DNA of 63,993 nucleotides, counting the filler, from Diploschistes diacapsis (Eukaryota), in assembly GCA_023645945.1 (NCBI GenBank). It is 6 parts of 6 records of this genome, joined end to end, with 100 filler letters (N's around TTAATTAATTAA, not from the genome) between each part and the next. Parts side by side here need not be neighbours in the genome. Positions count along the whole stretch, not along the records: positions 10,848 to 21,578 come from JALAIB010000897.1; positions 21,679 to 32,404 come from JALAIB010000898.1; 4 more parts are not named here. One strand, given 5' to 3'. Made by a program: the position numbers and the translations under genes. Positions 11,625-24,392 of this stretch are shown here, in pieces; the first letter of the stretch is position 1, and every line of letters begins with the position of its first letter. The notes under the pieces are model-generated. The model searched no databases. It was given only the letters and a program-made list of their open reading frames with translations, and was not told where the DNA came from.

Positions 11625-12604
11625 TTATTTTAATACAAGAAACTTTTCTAATCCTGTTCCCTTATTAATCATACCGTCCTGATATATAAAAATCAGTTAC
11701 CGGCCTCTAGCAGAAGCATAAAAGAATACTATAAGACGAAATCTCAACTTACCAACATTCCTGCTAGTACATAGGTAAAAAGGATGTTAATTATACTCGC
11801 TAGCTTGCCGCGATAAACCTTTCCGCTAACCCCATCAGCGATATCGGTAATTAGCTTCTACGTAAACTCCTGCGGCGTTAACATGTCGAGTTCCTCGATG
11901 CCGGTAGCGCGGGCGACGATCTCCTTAGACGCTGACTTATAAAGCGAGTATTTTGGTAAATCTTGCTTCTACGAATTAGACATGAGATTAATCTTAATGG
12001 CACCAGTAATACACGTGATGACATATACATTAAAGGGCGCGAGCTCGAGTCGTATTATTTCGCTAATCATACTCACCGCCGCCTTAAAGCCCCCGTATAC
12101 GCCTGCGAAAGTCAACGACTAGCCACGATGATTTAGATATAGAAATAGAGGAAAAACGATTCATAACGTACTTATCTACGGAACGTGTAGCAGGCCTAAA
12201 ATAGACATAATATTACATACGGTGCTATAGGCAGCAATTAACAGCGGTACAAAGGCCTAGACCATGACCAGTACGTTCCACACATTGATTTCGTATATTT
12301 CACGCCCGAGTTATAGATCAAAGTTAAGTAACGAAGCCACGTACTGCGCGCCCGAGTTGTTGATAAGGACGTCGAAACGGCCGGCGGTTAATTTAATTAC
12401 CGCGTCGCGGGCGGAAATAATGGACTCGGGTTTAATAACGTCGAGAAGTACGTTAATAACGTACGAAAGATCGCGTAATGTACCGAGCTTATTTAAATTA
12501 CGTGCCGTAGCGATAATATAATAACCGCGTTTTTAAAACTCGACGCATAACGTAACGCCGATACCCCTTTCGCTCGAGCTCGTTATAAGGACGTATTTAA
12601 GTAT
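11625..12604 (-). pseudogene. RIP-inactivated short-chain dehydrogenase/reductase (Ayr1-like)
   Basis: Minus strand reads KYVLITSSSERGIG...ATARN...FDVLINNSGA...YGGFKAAV with TAA/TAG stops at former CAA/CAG/TGG codons. Two introns are still visible. Confidence 0.85.
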
Positions 12605-13699
12605 AATAGAATAGATTCTGCTAACGACTACGTTCTCTATTAAAAACGATCCTTTCGTTCAACGGGCGGACCTTTAATAGACCGGGAAGCGGAGACGAGA
12701 GAGGACGAGAACGTAACTTAGCTTAACTTAACTATTAAGAATTAATTATCGAGGACTAATTATCGAAAACTAGAAATTAAAATTATGAGAAATAAAGGAA
12801 ATGGACGGGACAAGAAGACAAAAAGACCATCCGTGCAACGTATGAGCAGTATCTTTTCGTTCGGGGTGATAATGTCTTAAAAGCGAAGTCAAAATAAGGA
12901 TATAACGCTACTTACGAAAAGTATTTTAGAAGGTTCCGGAAACTACCTAAAGCAAAATAACAGATTATGAACCTCGTGTTTTAAATGATATACCGCCGTG
13001 GAACCTCTTTATATTTATAAGAGAAGCAGGTTCCGAATAAGCCCTATTGAAGCCTAACGATTACGCTATTTCGGTTCTACTTATAACGCCTCTCCCACGC
13101 TCCGATACACGTTTTTTTCATATTATATAAAACTTATAATCACATTTATAATATATTTTAGCCCTAACATGCTATCCAGTCCGTCGTCTAGATATAATAG
13201 GGTTCGCGATGCAACCGTTGCGTCTACCTAGCCAGGAGCTAGCCTTACCCCTCGTTATCAGCTCTTACCCCTCACACCGTCTCTCTCTGCATGGGACGTC
13301 GGCGTGTTTCTTGCTCCTTACCCAAGCAGAGATAAGAATCGTTCCTGCCAGAACTAAGCACAATACGGAAACCAGAGATTAATCCAACATTTAAACTATA
13401 TGTATACGGGTATTGAACGGTAGCTCCAGGAAAACCCGCGCGCCTAAAAGGACTGACAGAAAAGGTTATTAATAATTTTATTCTCTATCTAATCTTTTTA
13501 ATAATTTATTCTTCGACGTTATATCTTTTCAACTTTATATACTCATCCTATTTTTTAGGTTATAAGACTTGAAGCTTATTTCTATTACTTATTATTAAAC
13601 CCTTATTTTCTCCTACCCTATTATACGCACGTAGGTCATCTTAATCATATTCAGATCGTTACGCTACGATTTTAATTCTAACGATATTTAATTTTTTAA

Positions 13700-15086
13700 T
13701 TATATCTATAGTTTCCTTTAAAAACGGATCGATAACGTTACTCAACGTTTAACTTACGAATACTACCGTGTAAAAAAAGTTAATATTACATAAAAATCGA
13801 TTAATAAATAAACGTAATTAACGAAAATCAAACTCCGCTACAACGATTAAAAATCTATATATTCTCGTTACAAGTTTACCGGCAACATCTATATTTACTC
13901 GACTACGACCGAGGACGGACGGTCCAGGAACCGGAAGCAATCGTTCAAAAAAACCAAAAGCGATAGAGAAACTTCAGAAAACTCGGGAAGCCCGGTCCCT
14001 AATAATTCTCCGTTACCCACCGCGGAGATGACCGCGCCGCCATCATCGCAACCCCCCCAAGTCTCTGCTCTTACTATCGATCTAATAATATTCTAGCATA
14101 CTTCTAGCCATACCCGGCCTGAAAATAATGGTAACAAGATACAGACACTCGAATACAAGTTCAGTACCGCTATAAACGACTTCTAGGCCACGTTCAGGAT
14201 TAAATTTAAAAGGCCCGATCCCCGTCTTTTCAGTTTCCTCGGCAATCTGCTACACCCTCCCGCTAAAGATCCTAACGAGATGCTCGATAAGATTATATGT
14301 AAATCCGACGCCGACTCCTTTACACTCTTCACGTCCATTAATAATATTATAGAACTTACCGAATAACCCTCGCATTTTAAGCCGAACTTCACGTTATCTA
14401 TTAATTAACACGCGAATTTAAACGATATAAACGAACTCGTTAATTATTTTACGCCGTTATCGCTCGTTAGCGCCGTCTTTAACGCTCCGGATCCACATTC
14501 CGCCGAATATACTACTACGTCGCTTAAACGGGCTACCGTCTCCGTTTCTTTAAACGTCACGCCGTACACCTGCGATTATCTACGGTCTAAGGTGGGTATA
14601 TTGAAGGAACTCCATGCGTCGCGCTGCGTAATAGATTCGGCGTTGAACGAGATTATAAATTATTATAAAAATTACATTACGCGCTATTACGTTATCGCTA
14701 CGTGCTCGACTTATATAACACGTATCGAATCGATATTACTGTTTATATTCGTTTATAACCGATTATTCGTTTTTTATAAAGTTATTATCGACGCGTCCTT
14801 ACGCCGGTCCGGCTTCCTTATAACCATGCGCGACCACGCGAACCACGCGAAGACTCTTCGCGCCGAAACTCGAATTATAATAGGTCGTTATTAGATCGAT
14901 AATAAAAAAAAATATAATAACACGATAATAACGTTAATTAAATATTAAATAAAAGCTTTAAACCGCCTGTTATTAAGTTTACATAAAATAACGGCGGTGT
15001 TAATACGCGGACAGTATTTATAAAGATTATAGGCCTACGAGCGACGAGTGGTGGCCTTAACGGAAAAAGTGATGGCGGGGAGGTAA
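13700..15086 (+). pseudogene. RIP-inactivated Zn(II)2Cys6 pathway regulator (5' end approximate)
   Basis: 13746-13895 reads RLTYEYYRVKK/intron/LRYND*KSIYSRYKFTGNIYIY, i.e. CxxCx6Cx6CxxCx6C with every Cys codon TGY changed to TAY. Confidence 0.8.
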
Positions 15087-15699
15087 GGCTAGTGGTGGCG
15101 GCGGCGGTAATAATGATGATCGTAATGGTAATAATTGGAATATACGGAAGATCTAGACGTCGAGAATTCTACTATCTTTTTTTCGATTCTTTTAAGAAGA
15201 CGTTTTATCTTATAAAGAAAAGGGCGGGTAATGACTAGTAAACGGCATTCGATTTAATAGAAACGCATTAAACAGCAAGTTTTGAAGCTAATAAGGCGTA
15301 CGATAAACTCCTTCACCGTAACGGCTTCCTCTGTATTTAGATACCGTGGTTTCTTTAAATAGCAAATAGTAGACGTACCAAAGTGGTTAGTCAGACGTAT
15401 CCTTTTTGCATAACAACAGGGTTAAGATGTTTATAAAACTAGTTCTATAATTATTATTATTAGATTCGGATTCCCCGAACGTACGATAAACGCTTTATAA
15501 AGTATTTATATTTCAATCGAGCGTTCTTAATCTATCTACCGTGTCTTAACCGTGCTGTAATCTATTACCATAAAGTTTACCACTATGGAAGTCGTGAAGG
15601 TACATTTTGGCCAACTTAGCCTATTCTAGGCTCTAACGACGGGAGTCGTTACTTTTATGAGTTTTTATCTCATCATGTGCGGTAGCTGCGAGAGATATG

Positions 15700-17715
15700 G
15701 CTGTTTATCTGTTGGATGGATATGATGGAAGTTAACTGACCTTTCGGTCCTTTAAATGATTCTTTGGTCCAGTATGACTATCCTTTATAATCTATTCTTT
15801 TATTCTCTTACCCATTTCCCGGGTCTTTTACTCGCTAGATGTAACTTAGTAGGCCTCAAATGCTTTTTAATTATGTTGCATTTTCTCCCTTATTAAGACT
15901 AGCTTGTAGCTGTGGCGTATTTATCACTTTATATCTGGTAAGTTTTATCTTGCTATCGACGATGCACACCGGATCTATAGTGGGTGATCTTTCTACCTTG
16001 AATTTTATAATGTTTATAATCAGCATTAGATCTATAACGGCCAGTCGCCCGTCTCCTACGCGTTTTTTTATTGTCAGACGTTTTTATTAGTAAACTGAAC
16101 ATACATCATAAGCGACGTGTTCCGCGTTTCTTTTAACGAGCTTTCTTTCGCGTTAATGACATTATAGAAAGCTATTTATGGCCATCAGACCGCTACCGAT
16201 AAGCCCATTTTAATCAAGTCCGAGTTTTATAAGATATACGGTGCCGGATTTCGGCGGTTCTACATCGAATCCGAACGAAATCCTACCATCCATAATGGTA
16301 TAAAGAAGCATTTATCGGCTACCTTCTCGAACCGCGCTCTGATCAAACAGGAAAATATTATGGCGGCCGTGTTCGATCGCTTCGTGAACCGGATGGGATA
16401 AGAGGAGCAACATAAGACCAAAAAGAAGGACGTAAATATTACTAAATAATTCGAAATGATGTCCTTTAATATCTTAAATAAAATGGCTTTCGGCGAGAAC
16501 TTCGGCTATATCGAGAATAACGAGTGACTCCGCTGGCCCATGTACTCGTGATAAGTCTTACTTACAAGTGCTATAAAAAAACCTTATTTCTAAGCCGAGT
16601 TAATCCTGAAATATCTTTACTTTATTATTCTCGCGGATAATCTACGCCGGTTCCCCTTAATTAAACGCCTTGCGCGGACCTTCTTCCTATCGACCTTAAC
16701 GATTTAGAATAAGAACTCACAATATAATCAAACGCAAATCGAAAAGTAAGCCTTCTCTACGCGAAACTACGGCCTAGGAATATTATAAATAAACAGCATA
16801 TTAACGGACACATAAACGTTTAAATTTTAAATCCTCGCGCAAAAATTTCTTAATTATTCTTATCGACAAGATTAGGCGAGAAAAGGTGGACAAAAAAGAA
16901 GTAACGGCCTATATCTCGATCTTCGTATGAACAACTTTTTTTAAAAAGGTATAATCCATTCGTATACTTATCGATCGATATAAGATCGCCGACGAAAAAA
17001 TTATATCCACGTTTTTTAAAACCACGATTTATTATTTAATAAAAAATCCGACCGTCTATAACAAGCTTATAGGCGAAATACGGGATCGTTGGACCCGGTA
17101 TACAGAAATTAATGCCACGTCCGCCCAGTCGCTCCCTTATTTACAAACCGTCATCAACGAGGGTCTGCGAATCTATCCACCTAATTCTTAAAGGTTTCCT
17201 AAAATCTCTCCCGGGACGTTCGTTGACGATTATTAGATTTTTACTGATATATATCACGTCTAATTCCAGGCGAATGGTTTTAAATTAAATTAACGCGGAA
17301 CTTTACAGGCCGAAATATACACGAGTACATAAACCATCATTTATAATAACCGCAATTTTCACGATCCGTACGTCTTTAAACCGGAACGATGAACGGATCC
17401 TCTATACACAAATATCAAAGAAGCGAGTCAGCCCTTTTCGCTCGGGCCACGTGGTTACTTAAATCGTAAGTAAGTATAATACAATACACGTACCGCTCTA
17501 ATATAAGATCGCAATCCAAGATTAAGCGATAGATTGACACGTATACGTTTCTTAACAGCTTCGCGTATATAAAAATGAACTTCATTCTAACTAAACTGCT
17601 CTAACGCTACGGCCTACAAGCCGTAAACCAGCAAGACTTGGACTAGACCGGCGAAAGTCGGATACATATAATGTAATAAAAACCATCGCAACACGTTCGT
17701 TTCTTAACGCGATGA
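15700..17715 (+). pseudogene. RIP-inactivated cytochrome P450 (5' end approximate)
   Basis: YNLFFYSLTHFPG (from HPL..FPGP), FRVSFNELSF, ExxR motif NEGLRIYPP, KPER* and heme motif PFSLGPRGY (Cys to Tyr) near 17432-17460. Several introns. Confidence 0.9.
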
Positions 17716-18663
17716 GCTTAGGGAGACGGCTGAGATACTACGACGGAACACGAAGTTACTACAGGATTCGCCAGCTAATTCGATATACGGATCCTACGCA
17801 TATAAATCAAAATCGATAGGCCTATTATAAAGGGCTTTTTGTAACTTTTGATGACCCTTGAGCCATAAACTTGTAAATTGTAATATTAACAAGAATCTGC
17901 GGATTAAGCTAATCGTAGTAACGTGTACTTATACAAGTAGCGACGGCCACGGATAAAACACGTCCTATCGTTGTAACCCTCGCAACCTTACCCGAAAATG
18001 ATAGAAGTTCGGATCTCTTATAAGATTCGTACCATCATATCCTACCCACGGGTTTAGACCGTTGACGGGTCGGGACCGTACAACTTTCCTTCTAGGACCT
18101 AAGATAACTCGAGGTTCGGAATTTATCGTTTTAAGATACGTATTTTCCTATACGTGGTTCTAGCTCGTCTAGGCATAGAAACGGCGGTTATATATAACTC
18201 TATTAATCAAACCCGTGGGACGGCTAGCTTTCGCACGCCTATCCCTATAAAAAACTTTTTCCAAACATCATTTCGATCGTTTACTCCGTCGCTGGTTAAT
18301 CTCCTTCGGCCGAATCCAGTTAGATGTCCCTTAAACGTAATCTCGATAAAAGTGGTCTCGATAAAGGGCAATACGGCCCGACTTCACCCCCGACCTAATT
18401 ACTAAAATTACCCGATCGGGAGCTCAGCATGAGTTACCCTACTGAATATAAACCTGACTGCACCAGCTACGGCTTCGTCAAATACTGCGTCTTACTTACC
18501 CCGACAGAAATATATCCCATCATCTTGGTGAAGTAATATCTGTTATTTATGGCTCCTTTATCCTACCCATGCACCTACCCCGTGACAGTGCTTCGAGCAT
18601 TTCAGGAACATATCTCAATATCTAACTCAGTGCGATCATCCAATAAGCCATTCAATATCAGCA

Positions 18664-21578
18664 ATGAATGGCATTACTGACGATAACTCTACGGTCAATG
18701 GCACAGAGAACCCGGATAACATACACTATAGCTTCAATGGCAGCACGAATGGAACAAACAAGGCATACTATGGCGTAAGCGCGAACGGCGTCAACAGCGT
18801 CAACGGTATCAATGGCATTAACGGCACCGACGGATATCATAACATCGATACCAACGACTCCGTCAACGGGACCAATACCCATACGCGATCCTCGCAACCT
18901 ATTACCATCATCGACCTAAACTATAAGTTCTCAAACGATGCCTCGTCGCCTTAGAAATTTTAGAATTTATTAGCTGAGACCAAAAACGCGTAATCGCCCT
19001 TTCCGAAGGACCGCTTTAACGGAAAAACATTCTACCATCTATAAGGCGGAAGGTAGAACACCGTAAATTTCTTTCGGCGTATAAGCCCGCCGTTATGTTA
19101 AACCAGAATTTAACGAAATTAATATGATATTAAATTAATACTACTAGCGCATATTTTATTAAAAAAGACCTCGGTTTCTTCGACTTAGGCTTTTTTAACA
19201 TGCCCACGGAAGTTATAAATATAAATTACTTAAACAAACACGTTTTACTACTTAGCTCCCAGTTTACTCACGTAGCCGTCCGCAGAACTTAGATCTTCAA
19301 TACCGTCTTCTCTTCGAATCTATATACGAAGCTCTTGAAAATAATTAGTCAGACTTTCCTTCTGGGCCCTCCTGCTTGCCTTCAACCTCCGCGCCCTTCT
19401 AGTTCCCCGCGTCCTTCCCCTTTTCCTTCCTTTGCCTGAACCGACTGATTCTCGTCTTTCCATTCCACAGCGAGTATCCTTCTCTCCCGTGTCGCTGGCT
19501 CCGATACTGCAATTTACGTCAGCAGTTTCTTCCGCGATTTCCTCGATAGTTACTTTCGCGATCCTACGACGATGCCCCGATACGTGCTAACGGGTAACGA
19601 TTTTAACATGTTTTCGAACCGGTTTTCGCATATCTTCGACCTACACGGCTTCTCTTTTACGGTCAATATGGGCTGTTTCTCGGAACTAATAGTTCTATAT
19701 CTAGCGTGTTAGAGCTTACGCGCGGACGAAGCCAGTATAACACTCGTTAATAACGTTAACGTATATTTAAACCCGAATATTTTTATTTTATTCGATAATC
19801 TTAAATATGTTTTTAATTAAAATCTTATTTTTTTCTAAATCTTCTAATCCTATTCGCCTTTACGTTATATATTAATAACTTCGCTTTATCTTCCAATAAT
19901 ATATTCAACGTTAAAGATAAATGCTTCGCCTTTAATTACCGCGCCAACGATTACGGGCGTAGGAAGAACGTAGCCGTTTTAGTGCTTAAACCGCTCGATA
20001 CGACGTTGCGCGACGGCGATCCCGTTCGCGTCGTCATCCGCGACACGGCTCTGAACTAGAATAACCATATCCCGACCATTACAAGTCCTAATAACGAAAC
20101 GTAGGCGGCATTTATACGGCAATACTACGCGGCGGTAGGGATAATGCCGGAAAAGATCGGCTATATGGAAGGTAAGTTTCCGAATATCGATCCTTTAAGC
20201 TTTTAACCGACGACCATAAAGCCCATAATACAAACACATAGGCGGAAGATATGGTCGAAGTAATTTCAATAACTTCGGTTTACGCGAAAGACCGATCTTT
20301 ATCCAATCCATTATTAATTAATTCCGTCAAGTCCAATATTAGCCATCTTAAACCGACTAATGGCTTTATATCGATCATCAAAATCATCCTCGCCTTCGAG
20401 TAAGGTATAATTTTTTCAAATATTAATTTCGAATCTCCGAACGAGAAACTAAATCTCAACGATATATATCTACGGGTAAGATTTTTAATAAATTTTAATA
20501 AATATAAAACTAATATAAGATTTAAATACTTACGGAATATACGGTATAACCGAGTCGGAAACGTAAACTTACATCGGTTAATAACTTTGGCTATGGAAGT
20601 ATTAACGCTTATATAATCTTAAAAAAACCCGAACGGTAGGGCCGAATACAGGCAGTAATGAGCAACGGAACGTACCACACGCGCACTCGCCGACGGGTCT
20701 TTCTCGTAAGCGGCAAAAACGAGGCATCGGCCGAAACCAATCAAAAGAAATTCTGTAAATACCTAGGTAGTATCAAGCCTAATAACGAAGAAACATTCCT
20801 AGATAATCTCGCTTACATGTTCTCGGATCATCGTTCGATCCTTGATTAGACAACTTCGGTATTTACGGATAGTATTACTAGATTAGCCTCGTCGCTAGCC
20901 GATAAAGAAGTCGAGCCGTTGCCCCAGCTGAACGCCGCCCCGCGGATAGGCTTCATCTTCACCGGTCAAGAAACACAGTGGTACGGCATGGGCCGCGAAT
21001 TAATCGAAGCCTATCCAGTCTACAAATAATCCCTATAAGAAGCAGATTCATACTTAAAGGAATTTGATGCTTCCTACAGTTTCATAGATTCGTTATGTTC
21101 ACTAAACGCAGATACACTGTCGAGATTGACATCATTAAAGAAAAATTCTTTAAAAATGAAAATAAATCCCGAGTCAACGACCTTATCTTGAGTTTTCCGT
21201 TTTGCGTCGCCGTTCAAATTGCACTCGTAAGATTTTTAAAATTATAATCCATCTAATCAACGGTAATAACGAGTTATTCGAGCGGCAAGATCGCTGCAAC
21301 GTACGTTGCAAAATCAATCTCCCTTAAAAACGCCATATATATTATATATATCAGAAGCGTCTATCTATCGACCTTACGACAAAAGAATATTTTAAAAAGT
21401 AATATGATTGCCGTGGACCTCGACGTGGCATCTATCCAATCGTACATCCATAAAGTCGCATTAAACGATCTAATTATTACGTACGTCAATAGTCCGTCAA
21501 GCGTCACGATCTCGGGTAATATAGATACAATCACGGTTTTTAAAAAACGGTTTTCTAAAGCTAAAATCTTTACTCGAA
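18664..21578 (+). pseudogene. RIP-inactivated iterative type I PKS (HR-type KS-AT region), truncated at the contig end
   Basis: NG-rich N-terminus, QPITIIDL..KF..DASSP, KS active-site region VNMGCFS...LYLAC*SLR, AT motifs [28 protein letters not shown] (from GHSSGEIAA) and YVNSPSSVTISG. Many RIP-type stops. Confidence 0.9.
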
Positions 21579-21678
21579 NNNNNNNNNNNNNNNNNNNNNN
21601 NNNNNNNNNNNNNNNNNNNNNNTTAATTAATTAANNNNNNNNNNNNNNNNNNNNNNNNNNNNNNNNNNNNNNNNNNNN
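21579..21678. other. Artificial contig linker
   Basis: 44N-TTAATTAATTAA-44N. Confidence 0.97.
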
Positions 21679-22317
21679 GGAAAATATTATAATAATCGCT
21701 TTTATAAAAGTAGACGGGCGCGTTGTATAATATTCCTTCGACGAATACTATATAAATAAACGAACAGCCACCGCCGAAATATATTATCGACTTTTACGCG
21801 ATATTATACCCTAAATTTATAAACCTGGACAAGCTTTTTTACAAGATAATACCTTTATATATATAATTAATAATATTAAAACACTTTTAAAAGAATTAGG
21901 CGTTTAAACGTTCGATTATTTCTTCTATAGCCCGGATCTGAACCTTATCGAGCATCTATAGCCTACGCTTAAAGAAAAAGTTTTAAAGCTTTATCCAAAG
22001 CTTAAAACTATACGCGGGGGTAAGGAGAAGAAGATAAAAACTTTAAAAATAACAATTCGAAACGTTTTTGAAGTACTTCTAAAGGATAGGGAATAGGATT
22101 TACCTACTAAATTAATGCATTCTATGCCGAAGCGAATAAAGGCTTATATCGACGCGCAAGGATGGCAAATTAAATATTAATATAATTTATTATTTAAGAG
22201 CTTTAAAATGATTTACTTTGCGCATTCATTGAAGCTTTATTAAGTGCGCAATGGCTCAATAAAGTTGGTAGGTGGTATTTGTTTATTTGATACCTAACTA
22301 CTTTTGGCACGTGACTG
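21679..22317 (+). mobile_element. 3' part of a RIP-mutated Tc1/impala-like (DD34E) transposon
   Basis: FLQDN...YSPDLNLIEHL* with 34 residues between D and E. The terminus ...CTTTTGGCACGTGACTG is followed by TA (CAGT-type TIR). Confidence 0.85.
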
Positions 22318-22619
22318 TAGGTAGGCAGGTACTATTCTAGCTTTTTACCTACATAGTCACGTGTCGACATTCCGGGCTTATAGGGTTAAAGCAGGGGTGT
22401 CGGAAATTTTCTGGTAAGAAGCGGACACTCTCTACAGTTTCTTTAAACGCCGTCCCTTGGCAGTATAATAGCAGGATCCTCTTCCACGCTTCGAGACCGT
22501 CCTCATTGCCGCCAATGTGTCCAGAATGTACGTCGCCGCTCTCAATCAAGCTATTCGAGATCTGCGTAATACTTAACAATTGTCCAGAATACACCGTCCA
22601 AGGTCAAGGTGGCTACGAC

Positions 22620-23305
22620 ATGGGTGTTGTACAGCGTATGAGAGATTTGAATACTGTGAGACATACTACACCAAACTTTGCCAAAAACTGGAGACTTACC
22701 ACGTTAATGTACAGAAAGTCAGTATTCGAAGATACCTTGATTTCACAGCTTCCTAACAGCAGGTCAACCAGCTGTTAAATCTCCGTCTCGGACCAGGGGC
22801 TGTCATTCTTCCTAAGGATGTAAAAAAACTTCACATGCAATTCGCATTGAAGAGCCATGATGGTCACCTTGGTTCTCGAAAATTCTGGCGAACCTATTTG
22901 CCACGACTGAAATTCCACAATCCAGCTATACCAATGACACTAGAACGCACCACGGATCAGAGCGGCCCCGCAACAATGACGATATTCTTTTCACCCGATC
23001 CGGAATCATCTACAAAAAGGCTAGAACGAGGAAGTGCAACGGGCTCACTAGTAAATGACAAACTGAAGACTATTGATATGAAGCATAGGGATGAGACTGA
23101 GATCTTGGCGGAGTTTCTCAAAATAACAAACGGGGAGGAGGTGATTGCTAGCGAAGAGGACAAGTTGAAGCTCCAGGAGTCAGAACAACAGAGTGCACAG
23201 ACGGAGCAAGACAAGACACGCTCGAGGCTTGACCTCGAAGCGAAGCGAAGTGAAAAGCGGTTGCTGGAACAGGCAAGACATGCAGTTGGTGGACTACGGA
23301 TGTAG
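22620..23305 (+). CDS. MRP49: Mitochondrial large-subunit ribosomal protein Mrp49 (mL61)
   Basis: Exon 22620-22655, intron to ~22762 or 22771, then LLNLRLGPGAVILPKDV...RKFWRTYLPRLKFHNPAIPM. Confidence 0.85.
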
Positions 23306-23543
23306 ATCGATTTCAAGATATCCTTCTTATTGTAAATATATGACCCATACATCTTTGGTGCCAAGTCGGATCTCTATTGAGCGGGACTGTACGAAGCGAC
23401 GTCGATTGTTCCATCGGCGATGTTGGCAAGTTGGCTTTCTTGGCTGAAGAATTGCGCGAACATTGTCTTAGCCCTTTATATATTGTACATAGGCCTCACA
23501 TAAACGTGTCAAAGAAGATGCTGCCATATTCCAACATTGGAAG

Positions 23544-24136
23544 CTATTGATCTAGTCGCGTTGGGAAGGTGCCATTATCTGCTACTCTGTTAGTCGCATC
23601 CACGGCGCGATTGTTCAGACTTGCCTCGCTGATCATCCCATCTTTCAATCCAGCCACTTGGGCATAAAGATCGATAGGCTAAGTAGAACTGGGTGCTTTG
23701 TTCAGCTCAAGTATTCTGATCATCATGGCCCGCTAATACCTGACGGCACGGTGCAAAGTCTTCGCCCTTAGCAAGAATACATTTGTGATAGTCAACGTAA
23801 TTCTGCCAACAGTGCTTGGTTCTGGTGCTGTGAGGATTGCCCAACCCAAGTCTGAGTGGATAAACGTACTGGTTCTGGTGAGGAAAGCGAGCATCAAAGC
23901 CTACAGGAAATGGTTAAAATAAGCATTGTGTATTGGCACAGTCTCCAAAGACAGTCCGAGTCGAGTTAGAGAGCAGGGACAGATCGTGTATAGCAAAGAT
24001 TGGGAGTCCAGGTGAATTGAGATCAGTGGAGCATACCAGCTGAGAGTCGAGGATCAGCAGGCCTCATTGAACAGCACTGTCAAACTTTACCTGTGACAAA
24101 CTTGAAAGGTTTGGTTACTCTTTCTTCGTCAGACAT
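23544..24136 (-). CDS. COX12: Cytochrome c oxidase subunit VIb, 86 aa, 6 exons
   Basis: Exons 24136-24091, 24039-24037, 23900-23870, 23821-23740, 23688-23625 and 23578-23544 give [86 protein letters not shown]. Confidence 0.95.
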
Positions 24137-24392
24137 GTTGAAGTAGATCTAGAGTGAGACGGCGGAGGGTGGTTATGGGAAGATCAAGATTAATCAATTG
24201 AAGCTTTATAATCGTAAAAGGTCCAGGTTATCCGCCGGTTTATCGCCAAGACCACTTGTAGCTTAGTGCCAGTTACCCCAGGTTGTTTTCACCCTTACCT
24301 ACTTGGTAATTAACATTACTGAGAACTTTCATCATCTACTTCCTCAGAGTTCCAGTTTACTCACTCCTCCAACGTGCAAACAGTACACGAAG

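Noticed and set aside
11625..21578. Alternative genetic code or stop-codon readthrough in the cluster
   Set aside because: Stops come with missense changes that destroy essential Cys/Gly/His residues, as expected from RIP.
11284..21634. ORF-track ORFs in the AT-rich contig as real small proteins
   Set aside because: They are stop-bounded fragments or antisense shadows of the RIP-mutated genes.
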